Of a stretch of DNA of 64,000 nucleotides, positions 12,641-25,120 are shown piece by piece. Position 1 is the first letter of the stretch; each line of letters opens with the position of its first letter. A program made the position numbers and the translations under genes. Source of the DNA: Octopus vulgaris (Eukaryota); contig OX597814.1 in the NCBI GenBank assembly GCA_951406725.2, positions 21,700,001 to 21,764,000 on the forward strand, read 5' to 3'. Below the pieces are notes generated by a model. That model ran no database searches. It was given only the letters and a program-made list of their open reading frames with translations, and had not been told where the DNA came from.

Positions 12641-12945
12641 AGAGATCTGTTATGTGGAAAATTACTTCAATGCTACTATACTTTTGAAGTGAGTATGCTT
12701 AAGTGTTTGATTGCACTTGTCCCTGGCCCTGAGAAATATTGCTTAATCAGATGAGAGATTGTTTATAGGTTTATTTATTACTACAGGTATTTCTTTTATA
12801 ACACTATGTGAATGGTTGAAATCTGAATACATGTAGGTGCTGGTTGTTAGGTACATAGAAGTCTGAGATTGGTTTATTGTTGTATCCAAGAAGTTAATAG
12901 ATACCATATTGGTTTTCACAGTTATTTACACACACACACACACAC

Positions 12946-12978
<33 letters not shown>

Positions 12979-12988
12979 TACACATATA

Positions 12989-13878
12989 CATGGTCTCACC
13001 AATAAGTATCCGGACTGTTGCCATAGTAACGAGGTTAAAGCACGGAGAGTGAAACTGCTCGGCACAGATTGACCTTCACCTCTGCTGTGAATGCGCACTA
13101 AGTTTTAACGCCCTAGCCCACCGCCGCTGTTTACAACAGTGCTTGGAAGGAACGTGTGTAGCGTGCGAACAGTGGCACTGACCATGACAGAGAATGTTGA
13201 ACAGAGAATCTGCATCAAATTTTGCCAAAAGCTTGGTGATATCTGCTCAGAGGTCTACGCAAAGTTTTCAAAAAGTTTTCATCGTTCTTGACACAATCAA
13301 GATCTGGAGCCACTGAAATCCGAGTGTCTTTTTGGTAAGCTGAAAGCAGTTTTGGCACAAACTTGGCAGACACGTATTTCATACCCAAGTCTTCAGTGAT
13401 AATGGACTGAACCGGACCGTAACTAATCTGCACATCCTCTGATAACTCACGGGTGGTAATTCGACGATCTTCCCTCAGAGCTGCACGCACATCTGCAATG
13501 TTTTTCTCAGTTCTGCGGGTTGCGGGTCTCCCAGAACAGTCACCAATATCACACTTTTTCGGCATTCTTGGAAACGTCTGAAACACTCGTACACTTGTGT
13601 GCGGCACATACAGTCCTCTCCATACACTTTCTGCAATTTTGTGTAGGCTTCTGAGCAGGTATCACCATGACAACTTTCCTTGTGGTCAATGCCACGATCA
13701 CACGCTACATACCTTCCTACCAAGCACTGCTGTAAAAAGCAGAAGTGAGCTAGAATGTTAAAACTTAGTGCGCATGATTAGCAGAGTTCTAGGTCAATTT
13801 TTTGCCAAGCAGCTTTACTCTGCGTACTTTAGCTTCGTTTCTATGGCAACAGGCCGTATACTTATTTATCAGACCTCG
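12989..13878. mobile_element. Non-autonomous mariner derivative with two inverted 5' ends
   Basis: TA-flanked TIRs; ~270-bp inverted arms each containing the 5' region and transposase start; minus-strand HTH region ...GRP...EDRRITTRELSE...VSAKFVPKLL. Confidence 0.85.
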
Positions 13879-14892
13879 TATAATGCATTATGTGTTGAAA
13901 TTGATTCAATCGAAATAAACTGAGTTCATAAGTAGAACTCAATACAAAATACAAGTGTATAGTTTTATATTTTTGTCTTTAAAGCTTAGAACAATTATCA
14001 ATTACCGTTTCAAACTTAGGTCGTCAGTGAGTGGCAGGTGTTGTGGCAGAACGACAATACCTTTTGCTGTGTTCTACATACTAGATAAATTTATCAACAT
14101 TTCTCTGTCTTTTTTCAAAGAATTCCAAGGGACTTCCAAAATCTCTCCGTCATATTTCATATAAAAAGAAATATCCATATTTTAAACTCACGGCTTACAA
14201 TTAAATGTAAATAAAATGAAAAATAAAAGCTGAGGCTAAACATTTCAAAATTGAGTAGATGAATACAATAATCAGCAATCAGTGAAGGGAAGATGAGGTT
14301 AGTTATTTCTATCTTATCACTGGACTGCGCTGTGTTTCTGTTCAACAATATAAGCACCACTAGTTTGAAGCTGTTGTAACTCTTTAGCTTTCGATCAACC
14401 TCGAAAGGACAGACTCGTGAACATAGATATTTCAGTCGTGCCAACCCGTCTTTTCGTCGACATTCTTTGCCCAAGACTGCATCATTAAATGCGTCCTTCT
14501 GTAAAACTATGGAGAGTGATTTAAAGCAGATTGATCAATCACACAGAGGTTCTCTCGTTAGCTTAGGCTCTTCTTCCCCAAGTTGTTGACGTTTTTAGCC
14601 CTTTGACCTGACCTAATAGGGCTGACCTATGGCTAACGACATTCCAGTCGTGTGACTTATTCGTTCTGTTTTCAGACAATGTACATACGCTTATATATTA
14701 TCCAATGCGCTCTTCTTTTCAATCGGTAAGGAGATTCTCTATCTCCCGTTGTGCTTTCAAGTCAGTTTGTATTATTTTCTAAGTAGGGATCATGGGTGAT
14801 ATTCTTCAGTGTTGTGGGCAATGGCTACGCTACAGTATTGACGGAGAGAAAGGAAAAAGTTTTTTTTGCCTCCTATTCACAAGAATTGGCTG

Positions 14893-15232
14893 ACCAAAGG
14901 TTACTTAACAAATACCCATAGCAATGAGTTCACGTATATGCATAAAGTCTTCTTTCAGAAGAAGAAATATTTCCAAGAGCCGAGGACATGTATAACCAGG
15001 TACACGCTCAAATCTAATGCAATAGATGCATTGTATACTTAATGAATATTACATTAGCTTCAAATGCTAGGCTAGAACTTTATTATGGGCATAGAGTAGT
15101 CAAGAGCATAATTAATGTAATGTAGGAAGGAAATGCCAGAAGAGAAGAAAAGAGGAAGGAAAGAAGAAAGGAAAGAGGAAAGATGGAAAGAAGAGAAAGA
15201 AGGAGGGGAAGAAATAAATTAATGATAAACAA
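14893..15232 (+). repeat. 340-bp direct repeat, copy 1
   Basis: Near-identical to 16045-16384; four substitutions seen by eye. Confidence 0.95.
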
Positions 15233-16044
15233 ACTGGTGATAATCCTTATGGATTCATTGCGATTTAGATTTTAAGAATCTTCATATCTAAATATCATAT
15301 TATAGTCTGAAGAACATTGCTGAGTAGAGATAAACTCTTAGCGACACGGTTTCCATCCTCAGTTAGAGACACTTTACTTCACTCACGTTTGTAATGCCCT
15401 TCGACACAACATAAACGTCAAAGAATCTCGTTAACCGCTCCCTCTATAAACTTGAAATTCTTATACTTGAAGCTACTATTAGTAGATATATTGATTTATT
15501 GTCATACGATCGAAGAATCTATCACCCTTCGAGACACCATAAGCATCATACAATCTTATTACACTTTCCCCTTTATAAATCTGAAATTCCTGCACCTACA
15601 AATCAATACTGATAGATTCAACCAACGATTGATTAATCAATAATTCGAAGAATTAATGCTGACTAAATCAATTGAGTGCCAGACTGCTAGTTGGTATTCT
15701 ATCATCAACTATGATATGACGACTCATGGGTATCTAGCCTAACTTGAATCACTATTTCCGCAAAAGTAATGAATTCTAAGCTTCGGAGTTTGGCAGTCTC
15801 TGCATAGTCTTTCACTAAAGATAGAGAAAATATAAATGTAAATATAATATATATAAATATATAAATTTGCTTAGTATACTGATCATTTCCCTGGCATATT
15901 TTCACTGAGCCGTATTGGTGTGATATTGAATGCCAGTTATTTAATGGAATATTTTAAAGGATGAAATATTAGAGTAGCGCCAGGTTTTTTGGACCTATTG
16001 TAATCTTGTTTCCAAGCCATATTCTAATCAAGTCCCAATCATTC

Positions 16045-16384
16045 ACCAAAGGTTACTTAACAAATACTCATAGCAATGAGTTCACGTATATGCATAAAGT
16101 CTTCTTTCAGAAGAAGAAATATTTCCAAGAGCCGAGGACATGTATAACCAGGTACACGCTCAAATCTAATGCAATAGGTGCATTGTTTACTTAATGAATA
16201 TTACATTAGCTTCAAATGCTAGGCTAGAACTTTATTATGGGCATAGAGTAGTCAAGAGCATAATTAATGTAATGTAGGAAGGAAATGCCAGAAGAGAAGA
16301 AAAGAGGAAGGAAAGAAGAAAGGAAAGAGGAAAGATGGAAAGAAGAGAAAGAAGGAGGGGAAGAAATAAATTAATAATAAACAA
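16045..16384 (+). repeat. 340-bp direct repeat, copy 2
   Basis: Near-identical to 14893-15232. Confidence 0.95.
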
Positions 16385-16424
16385 TATAATATATAATAAT
16401 ATAATATAATAATACATACATAAT

Positions 16425-16524
<100 letters not shown>

Positions 16525-16529
16525 CTTTC

Positions 16530-16730
16530 CCAGCATGGTTCTGGGTTCAGTCTCTCTGAGTGGCTCTCAAGGAAGATGTCTACTACTATAACCTCGCGCC
16601 GACCAAAACCTTGTGAGTGGATTTGCTAGACAGAAACTCAAAGGAACCAGTCATGTATATGTGTGGTGGGGCGTTTGTCCACCACCGCTTGACAACTGGT
16701 GTTGGTGTGTTTACATCACTGTAACTTAAC
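16530..16730 (+). mobile_element. SINE family B, degenerate partial copy
   Basis: Similar to 53325-53735 (GGGTTCAGTC...GCCGACCAAA.CCTTGTGAGTGGATTT...GCTTGACAAC). Confidence 0.65.
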
Positions 16731-16745
16731 CGTTATTATTATTAT

Positions 16746-16827
16746 AGTTCAGGTCGCTGCTTGGAATCGAACTCGGAATCTTCGGATTAGTAGCCCGCAG
16801 TCTTAACCACTACGCCATATGCCCGTG

Positions 16828-16830
<3 letters not shown>
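16746..16830 (-). mobile_element. tRNA-derived SINE head (pseudo-tRNA) between TAA repeats
   Basis: Reverse strand GGCATATGGCGTAGTGGTTAAG (A-box)...GAGTTCGATTCC (B-box) followed by (TAA)n; no convincing acceptor stem. Confidence 0.7.
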
Positions 16831-16914
<84 letters not shown>

Positions 16915-16915
<1 letters not shown>

Positions 16916-18614
16916 GTCAGTGATGACATCAGAATGCAATTTGGCCTCGATAAATGCGCAAAAGCTACCTTTATCAAAGGAAAAATGACAGAAACATCTA
17001 ACGTTAACCTTGACCAGCAGAATGTCATAAAAGAATTAGACCCAGCAGAGAACTACAAGTATCTAGGGGTAATTGAAAGAGAAGGAATAAGCATTCAGAG
17101 ATGAAGGAAAGGATCAGGAGAGAATGCTATCGCAGAGTAAGAGCAATACTCAAGACAGAGCTGAATGCGAGAAACAGGATCGAAGCGATCAATGCATTAG
17201 CCATACCAGTCGTGACTTACAGTTTCAATATCGTTAACTGGTCAATTACTGAAATATGTAATCTTGACAGAAAAATACGAAAACTGTTGACAATGCATAG
17301 AATGCACCACCCTAAGGCAGATACAGAACGACTTTATCTGCCAAGAAAAGAGGGCGGCCGTGGACTTTTACAACTGGCAATAACAATGAAGATTGCTACA
17401 ATTGGCCTAGACACCTACCTGAAAAACTCTGAGGACTGGATGTTAAAACTTGTCTCAAAACATGAAAACAAGAAAGCATCATACTCAGTAACAAAACAGG
17501 CAAAGGAATATCTAAGTGAATTCCGAATACAACAAATTTCGGAATTAGAGATAGACATACAAGAAACAGGCACAGAAAAAGCTAAGCGCATGAAAACCCG
17601 TGCTAAATCTGCGGCCTTAGATATTCTGAATGATAAATGGCAAGAAAAACCTCTCTATGGCAAATACCCAAAGAGAGCAAATAATGCAGATGTTGACAAA
17701 GCCCTGACCCATCAATGGCTAATGGCCTCTGGCTTAAAATCTGAAACAGAGGGGTTTATCATAGCAGCTCAAGATCAATGCCTACCAACAAGAAACTACC
17801 AGGCCAACATATTAAAGATCAGAAGCAGTCCAACGTGTCGTGTATGCAAGCAACAAAATGAAACCATTGACCATGTGGTCTCCAAGTGCAGTCTTCTAGC
17901 GCCTACAGAGTATCTCAACAGGCACGATAGAGCTGCACAATATATTCACTGGGTAATCTGTAAAAACCTGGATTTGCCCCATGAAAAAAACTGGTGGGAA
18001 CACAAACCACCCCCAGTGCTTGAAAATGACCACATCTCACTCCTCTGGAACTTCACCATTCAAACTGACAGAAAGATAGATGCAAATAGGCCAGACATCA
18101 TATTGAAAGACTTCAAACAAAGAACATGCCTCCTCATTGATATGACTGTCCCAATCGATATAAACTTATCTGTCAAGACCTACCAAAAACTGAGCAAATA
18201 TAAAGATCTTGAAATAGAAATCAGCAAAATGTGGAAGCTGAAGACTAAAACAATACCTGTTGTCATAGGTGCCCTGGGAATGATAGCAAAAGGGGCTGAT
18301 AGCTACCTAACTCAGATACCAGGAAACCCAAAAATGGCAGAAATTCAAAAGATAGTGCTCATGGGAACTGCTCATATCCTACGCAAAATACTTTCTATGT
18401 AATCTCAAGGTTTAAAACAAACATAATTTTCGGTTTAAAAAAAAAACCCAAAAAAACTTTTTTTTAGACATTCATTAGTACAACACCCCCACCCCCCAAA
18501 TATATGGCACACTAGGCATAACAACAGCATGAACTTCCAACCCTGTTGTCTCTTGAGGTCTCTGGGTGAGACTTGGAGCCAACTTGTACAAATATAAAGC
18601 AAAAGTCAAACATA

Positions 18615-18615
<1 letters not shown>
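16915..18615 (+). mobile_element. 5'-truncated R4/Dong-clade non-LTR retrotransposon inserted in (TAA)n
   Basis: Starts within RT (SDDIRMQFGLDKC...YKYLG), frameshift near 17090; bounded by (TAA)n at 16833-16914 and 18616-18689. Confidence 0.9.
17101..18402 (+). CDS. C-terminal part of R4/Dong-type ORF: RT thumb region, CCHC zinc knuckle and restriction-like endonuclease (truncated copy, probably non-functional)
   Basis: RLYLPRKEGGRGL, CRVC..ETIDHVVSKC, RHD, NRPDII..LLIDMTVP..KLSKYKDL motifs. Confidence 0.85.
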   Translation: MKERIRRECYRRVRAILKTELNARNRIEAINALAIPVVTYSFNIVNWSITEICNLDRKIRKLLTMHRMHHPKADTERLYLPRKEGGRGLLQLAITMKIATIGLDTYLKNSEDWMLKLVSKHENKKASYSVTKQAKEYLSEFRIQQISELEIDIQETGTEKAKRMKTRAKSAALDILNDKWQEKPLYGKYPKRANNADVDKALTHQWLMASGLKSETEGFIIAAQDQCLPTRNYQANILKIRSSPTCRVCKQQNETIDHVVSKCSLLAPTEYLNRHDRAAQYIHWVICKNLDLPHEKNWWEHKPPPVLENDHISLLWNFTIQTDRKIDANRPDIILKDFKQRTCLLIDMTVPIDINLSVKTYQKLSKYKDLEIEISKMWKLKTKTIPVVIGALGMIAKGADSYLTQIPGNPKMAEIQKIVLMGTAHILRKILSM

Positions 18616-18689
<74 letters not shown>

Positions 18690-18691
<2 letters not shown>

Positions 18692-18850
18692 TCGAAGAAT
18701 ACCTTAGGAATGAGAACCCAAGTTCGAAATTTCCCTAAGACACCTGAAGAAGGCTGGAGGGCATATCAGCCGAAACGTTGTATTAACAACAAACAAGATG
18801 AGGACAAATATCCGTCGAATGTAAATAATGTAAATAGTGTAAATAATGTA
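18690..18850 (+). mobile_element. Penelope-type terminal segment containing a minimal type I hammerhead (18739-18785)
   Basis: gacac-CTGAAGA-aggctg..cagcc-GAAAC-GTT-gtatt with palindromic AACGTT; short tandem tail GTAAATAAT. Confidence 0.65.
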
Positions 18851-18872
18851 GCAAATAGTCAGTTCAGATGTT

Positions 18873-19256
18873 TGTCACAAACTCAGTGAACCACATACTT
18901 CGGACTTTTCTATAAGAGTTCTCCATCGCCTTTGTTAGTTGCTATCATCGTGGGTTAGTCCACCGTGAGTTAGTTCCGTGGGTTAATTGCATCGCCTGGG
19001 TTAGTTGCTTTCGGCCTACCCTGGTAGGGTAAATGCGTCCTGGGTACCAAACCGAAAACAACTGAGTACTCGCACATACATATTTTTCATTTAATTTAAT
19101 TGCCAGTGATTCTTCCTTTGACAGGTTTTGGTTTTCATCTTGCAGGGTCTCCACAAAGCCGCCACCCGGCAAGCAGGCTTAGTAGCGTTGCCAGTTTAGT
19201 TGCAGCAGGTTGTACTGGGTTTCGTACCACCGGTAGCACTCAGGAGCAACCTGACA
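18873..19256 (+). mobile_element. Possible solo LTR
   Basis: Termini TGTCA...TGACA, TATAAG near 18911, GC-richer than flanks, internal GGGTTAG repeats; no clear TSD. Confidence 0.4.
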
Positions 19257-19854
19257 TTATATATCTGTGTGCGTGAATATGTGCGTGCGCGTATCTGTAT
19301 TTATGAATATATACTCACACATAAGCACGCACGCACACACACACACACACACACACACAAAAGTAGAAATAGAAAATAAAGAAGAAAAAAGCAATAAACA
19401 AAGACAAACCAATAAGTATATTTTCATACGCCCCAGGATAAATTGAATAACGAAAGGCAAAGCAAAATTCAACAATATCTTCTTTAATCTGATAAATATT
19501 ATGGAATTGCTGCTCAGTATTAACGTATTATCTCTAAAGTACATAAAACTCGTTAAACGACTGACCTCTTAAGCTTCAGATACTACAGTTTATGTTGCAT
19601 GAATGCATTTTTAGAAGTTGTGTTCCTTTCATGAACAAATTACTTGACTTATTTTAAATGACGTTTTGTTGTAATCATGTATAATTAAACATAAATGAAT
19701 AAATACACACATACACACACATGGCATATATATATGCTTGTGTATATATATCGTCACACACATGTATGCATACACACACAGACACACACATACATACATA
19801 CATACATACATACATACATACATACATGCATGCATGCATGCATGCATGCATACA

Positions 19855-19885
<31 letters not shown>

Positions 19886-19931
19886 TTGTATATATATGTT
19901 TGTGGTGTGGGTGTGGGTGGGTATGGATGTG

Positions 19932-20395
<464 letters not shown>

Positions 20396-20689
20396 TTATG
20401 CATGTGTGTGTGTGTATGGAAATAGAAGCATCATTATTTCTAAATCTCTCCAAGAGAGATATTAAGTAATAATTCTTTAATGTAAAGACTATTTGCCAAA
20501 ATAATGTGGCTGTCCTGGATGGGACAGTTATTACTGCTGTTTAGCCCCAGGAAACAACGTTTCCAGCTGGCTATACAACACAATATCCGTGTCCTTATAT
20601 TTTCAAAGAGGGAGCCCAGCACCCAGATCCAGTACAAAGTAACATTTGTGGACCGGTTTCTAAGTTATTGCTTTTTATCAGCACAGAGT

Positions 20690-20852
20690 AGGCGCAGGAG
20701 TGGCTGTGTGGTAAGATCTTGTCTCCCAACCACATAGTTCCGGGTTCAATCCCATTGCATGTTACCATGGGTAAGTGTCTTCTGCTATAACCTCGGGCGG
20801 ACCAAAGCTTTGTCAGTGGATTTGGTAGACGGAAACTGAAAAAAGCCCATCG

Positions 20853-20902
<50 letters not shown>

Positions 20903-21300
20903 CCCACCATCGCTTGGCAACCGATGTTGGTGTGTCCATGTCACCATAACTTAGCGGTTCGGCAAAAGAATCCAATACAATAAGTACTAGGCTTACTAAG
21001 AATAAGTTCTGGGGTCAATTTGTTCGACTAGTGGTGGTTCACCTATCGCGCACTAGGTACATCGCGGATTTTTCTGGCTAATATATGTAAATTTAGGTCG
21101 CAGCCTCCTCAGTAAATCGCGGGTGTCTGCGGCCCATAGGCAATTATATTTTTTTAAATTTCAATTATTTACGTGCAGGGGGGGGGACGTAACACCCGCG
21201 ATAGTCGAGGGATTATTGTATGTATGTATGTATGTATATATATATATATATATAATGGCGGTGCCCCAGCATGGCCACACCTCGTGAGCTGAACCTAGAT
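20690..21300 (+). mobile_element. SINE family B (internal (TA)n(TG)n), interrupted by a Tigger/pogo-like MITE remnant at about 21030-21220
   Basis: Head GGCGCAGGAGTGGCTGTGTGGTAAG; body resumes at GGCGGTGCCCCAGCATGGCC after an insert with inverted CTATCGCG/CGCGATAG. Confidence 0.8.
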
Positions 21301-21321
21301 AAAATAAAATAAAAAATTAAA

Positions 21322-21384
<63 letters not shown>

Positions 21385-21386
21385 GA

Positions 21387-21950
21387 GGATACGATGGGTA
21401 AATTGTCGCCATTTTATATTTTTGATTTGGCACATGTGCATTGTTTGTTTTTGATTTTGTCGACTACACTGTTATAGTAGGGTCTGTTGGGCACCGTTTG
21501 TGAGGAAAACAGCACAATGACGCAATTCATTCTGCCAGAAATTTGGAAACAACATGCTGTACTGCTAGATATTCGCTTCAGAAGCTCCAACATGAACAGA
21601 TGGTAAACACAGAACAAGCGTTGGCTTGCCGTGTGCCCAAAATATGTGCCGAGAGTGATAAAAATCAAACATGCAGTCAACATCATGGTGTTTGGAGTGA
21701 GCATTAGTGATGGCAACGTTATGCTTCAATTCATCTTTCCACACGGCCTCAGACTCAAGACGGAGGCCTATATCAAGTGTCTGGAGAAGGTAGTACTGCC
21801 CTGGGTCAAGAGGGTGGCTGCTGGAACACCCTACGTCTAGTTCAGAACCCAGTCGTGGCTATCAGACAATTTCTGCGACCACATCACCACTAACATCTGG
21901 TTACCTAACTCCTCAGACTGTAACCTCCTTCATTATTATGTGTGGGGTGC
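21387..21950 (+). pseudogene. Internally deleted Tc1/mariner (maT/DD37D-like) transposase remnant
   Basis: KHAVNIMVFGV..DG..FIFPHGLRL...YIKCLEKVVLPW, WLPNSSDCNLLHYYVWG. Confidence 0.7.
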
Positions 21951-22281
21951 ATCTATTTCTGAAATATTCATCACATTACCTCATGTGTGTTCTTTTCTTT
22001 AAATGTTCCCGCGACATTTAAAACAAAACTATTGTGAGCCAGTATAAATTTAAATAAAGAAGTATTATTACCGTTATTAATGATAATAATAAGGTGGCTA
22101 GCAAGTTTACACCCTTACAGGCAAAATATAAGCTAAATTTAGATTCAGTAGGGTACTTAAATACCACTTGCTATAATCGAAGACATCGCTCGAAAATCAC
22201 CAGTAACTCACTATTAGGGCCGCAAGATGGTGGCACACTCGGAGGTCGACAGTAAATGGCAAAGGGTGATAATCTCCTATT

Positions 22282-22514
22282 ATTTCTTTACTACCTACAA
22301 GGGGCTAAACACATAGCGGGACAAACAAGGACAGACAAACGGATTAAGTCGATTACATCGACCTCAGTGCGTAACTGGTACTTAATTTATAGACCCCGAA
22401 AGGATGAAAGGCAAAGTCGACCTCGGCGTAATTTGAACTCAGAACGTAACGGCAGACGAAATACGGCTACGCATTTCGCCCGGCGTGCGAACGTTTCTGC
22501 CAGCTCGCCGCTTT
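22282..22514 (-). mobile_element. SINE family A monomer (tail type 1)
   Basis: Full head and core; 13-bp TSD ATAATCTCCTATT at 22269 and 22515. Confidence 0.9.
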
Positions 22515-23154
22515 ATAATCTCCTATTGTTTACCTTTGGAGCGAGGCTTTTCCCCCTCCATATTTTGAAGAGGTCTTAGACCAACAGGTTTTGGAGTCTG
22601 ACGATACGCCATAAAGCTGAACCCTATATGGACGGGAAACCCAAGGTAATCCCATAAACCGGCCTTACCCACTTTTAGTATATATATACTAGTATTGGCC
22701 ATCCCTCTCGTTTTTTCTTCCATTTATCACCTCTTCCCCATCAGGCATTCTCTCATTACTAACCCTACAACCTACACTGTTTGTAGATAAAGCTAGATGT
22801 ATGTTTGCAGTACGTTGAGAGTTCAGTAGATTGTCTGACTTTAATTGATTTATCACCATTAACTAGAATACAGTTGTCAACTCTCGATGGAGTTAATTTT
22901 AAATTGTTGAAGACTACATTCTACATAAAGTCATCTGAATATAAGTAACTAGGTCACTACTCATTTTATCCTGACTTCCACTATTTCCTCTGCTACTCTC
23001 TAAATTATAGTAGGCTTGACGTGGTATGCATTATTTTCTAAATTCATTCTGCTACGGATATGACAAAAGAAACAATGTAAATATTTTGAGTTCTATTATT
23101 GATGTAAATATGATTCAAACATTGGTAATATCGTTATGTTTGAAGTCTACGCGG

Positions 23155-23238
23155 TCATCTGACGAAAACGGCTTCTTTCAAATATATGTAATGTTTTCAT
23201 TAATCACTTAAAGGAACCGCTTGAAACGGCCGTAATGA
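23155..23238 (+). ncRNA. Type I hammerhead ribozyme motif with intact catalytic core
   Basis: tcat-CTGACGA-aaacggcttcttt..aaaggaaccgctt-GAAAC-ggcc-GTA-atga; palindromic stem III ACGGCCGT. Confidence 0.7.
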
Positions 23239-23319
23239 ATTGACACCTTTACATCTTTGTTACTTATTTATATTCTGTTCACCTAATTCATGATGCTAAA
23301 TTTATCTGTTCTGAACATG

Positions 23320-23490
23320 TTAATTTGTCAACATTGAAACATTCTAATTTGCCAACATTGAAACATTTTAATTTGCCAACATTGAAACTTTTAAAGATGT
23401 TTTTTTCTAATTCATGATTTTAAATATTTACCATTGATAAACAAAGATGTTTTTCTAATTTATAACTTTAAGCTTTTACCATTGATGAGC
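23320..23490. repeat. Short tandem duplications (3 x 24 bp and 2 x ~50 bp)
   Basis: TAATTTGYCAACATTGAAAC x3; AAAGATGTTTTT..CTAATT..TTTACCATTGAT x2. Confidence 0.8.
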
Positions 23491-23592
23491 AAAAAATATT
23501 GTTTAACCTAGTTTGGTATATATGTAAATAAATGCATTTTAAACATTTACGAGTTTTTGAAATATAGGTGCATTTTCAACAACATATTTTCC

Positions 23593-23652
<60 letters not shown>

Positions 23653-24326
23653 GAAATAAAACATATGCATATATATAAACATATGTGTACGTACCTACCT
23701 CTACATGTACATATACACGCATATATGAGTACAGGACACCAAAGGGACGTCGAACACAAAGAGAAACGAAAACATAGACACAAACCAAAGGAACTGGACA
23801 TTTTTTTAAAAACAAAAAAAAATATATATATATATAAATACAACTAGCTATATAGACGCACAACTAGCTGTATATACATACATATGTATGTGTGTATATA
23901 TATATATATATGTATAATCATGTGTTGATGCACACACATATAAGCACGCGCATGCGTGCACGAACGCACGCGCACGAACATACACATTCGTTACCAGAAA
24001 TGTACAGTAAACTTACGGATGTGTGATTGAAATAAACACGGATTAAATTTCGGTGTCCGAATTTTGCGTGTATACAATAAATAACTATAAGCTACTATTC
24101 ACTCTGTTGACATGAATGAGTACTGATCTCTGATGAGGCGTAAATAAATGGTGACACTGGTTATATCGATCTTTTCTTACAACTACAATAAAAAAAAACT
24201 CTTGTTTAAGCATACAGTCTATTTTTTTTTCAGAGAGAGGCTTAATGTGTATTAGCTAAAGTCACGAGAGTAAATTTACTGTACATTTCTTTTTTCCTAG
24301 ATTTTGTATAACGCCTTTATTAATGA

Positions 24327-24695
24327 CTAGCAGTATCGCCAGCGTTGCTCGGGTTTGTAAGGGAAATAACTATAAAGCATTTTTAGAGAGTTATAGCCAA
24401 AAAATGGAAAAAAAATGATGGTAAATTTTTTTTAGTTAAAAAGGTCGAGTTGTGTCCCCTAGACAGTGTGTGGTTTGTGTTTCTGATTCTCGACCCCATG
24501 TCGAATTTATCGATTTTTTTCAGAACTGGGGGAACTTTTCAAAATTTTCGCTGCGTTAGTTTTGAATTATGACATTGGACTATGTGTGTGTCAAGTTTCA
24601 TCAGAATCGGTTGAAAGCCGTGGTAAGGGTGAGGGTACAACCAAACAGACACACAGAAACACACACAGACAAACTGCCGTTTATATAGAGAGAGA
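24327..24695 (-). mobile_element. Non-autonomous Helitron
   Basis: Reverse strand starts A|TCTCTCTCTATATAAA and ends ...CCCGAGCAACGCTGGCGATACTGCTAG|T (3' hairpin plus CTAG). Confidence 0.8.
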
Positions 24696-25120
24696 TGTTT
24701 ATCTGTCTAGCTATTTATCTATCACTCTATCTATCTGTCTTTTCAACTATCTATATATCTCTATCCCTCCCTCTCTTTGCATATATAAATATGTGTGTGT
24801 ATGGATGGATGCATGCATGACTGTTTGAATGTATGCATGTATGTATGCCATTATTCAGTTTATTTCAAGATTTCTTGCCAATAGAGAAAGAACCGATTTC
24901 TAACCTAGATCCAAAGTTCCTTCATTGGCATTTCAACATCAGCAACGGGTATTTTTGTTTGTATGAACGTATGTATGTATGTATGTATGTATGTATGTAT
25001 GTATGTATGTATGTATGTATGTATGTATGTATGTATGTATGCATTTATGTATGTATGTATGTATGTATGTATGTATGTATGTATGTATGTATGCATGTAT
25101 GTCTGTAGTTTGTGTATACT

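Noticed and set aside
16746-16830. Functional tRNA gene
   Set aside because: A and B boxes present but no convincing acceptor stem or T-run terminator; treated as a SINE head
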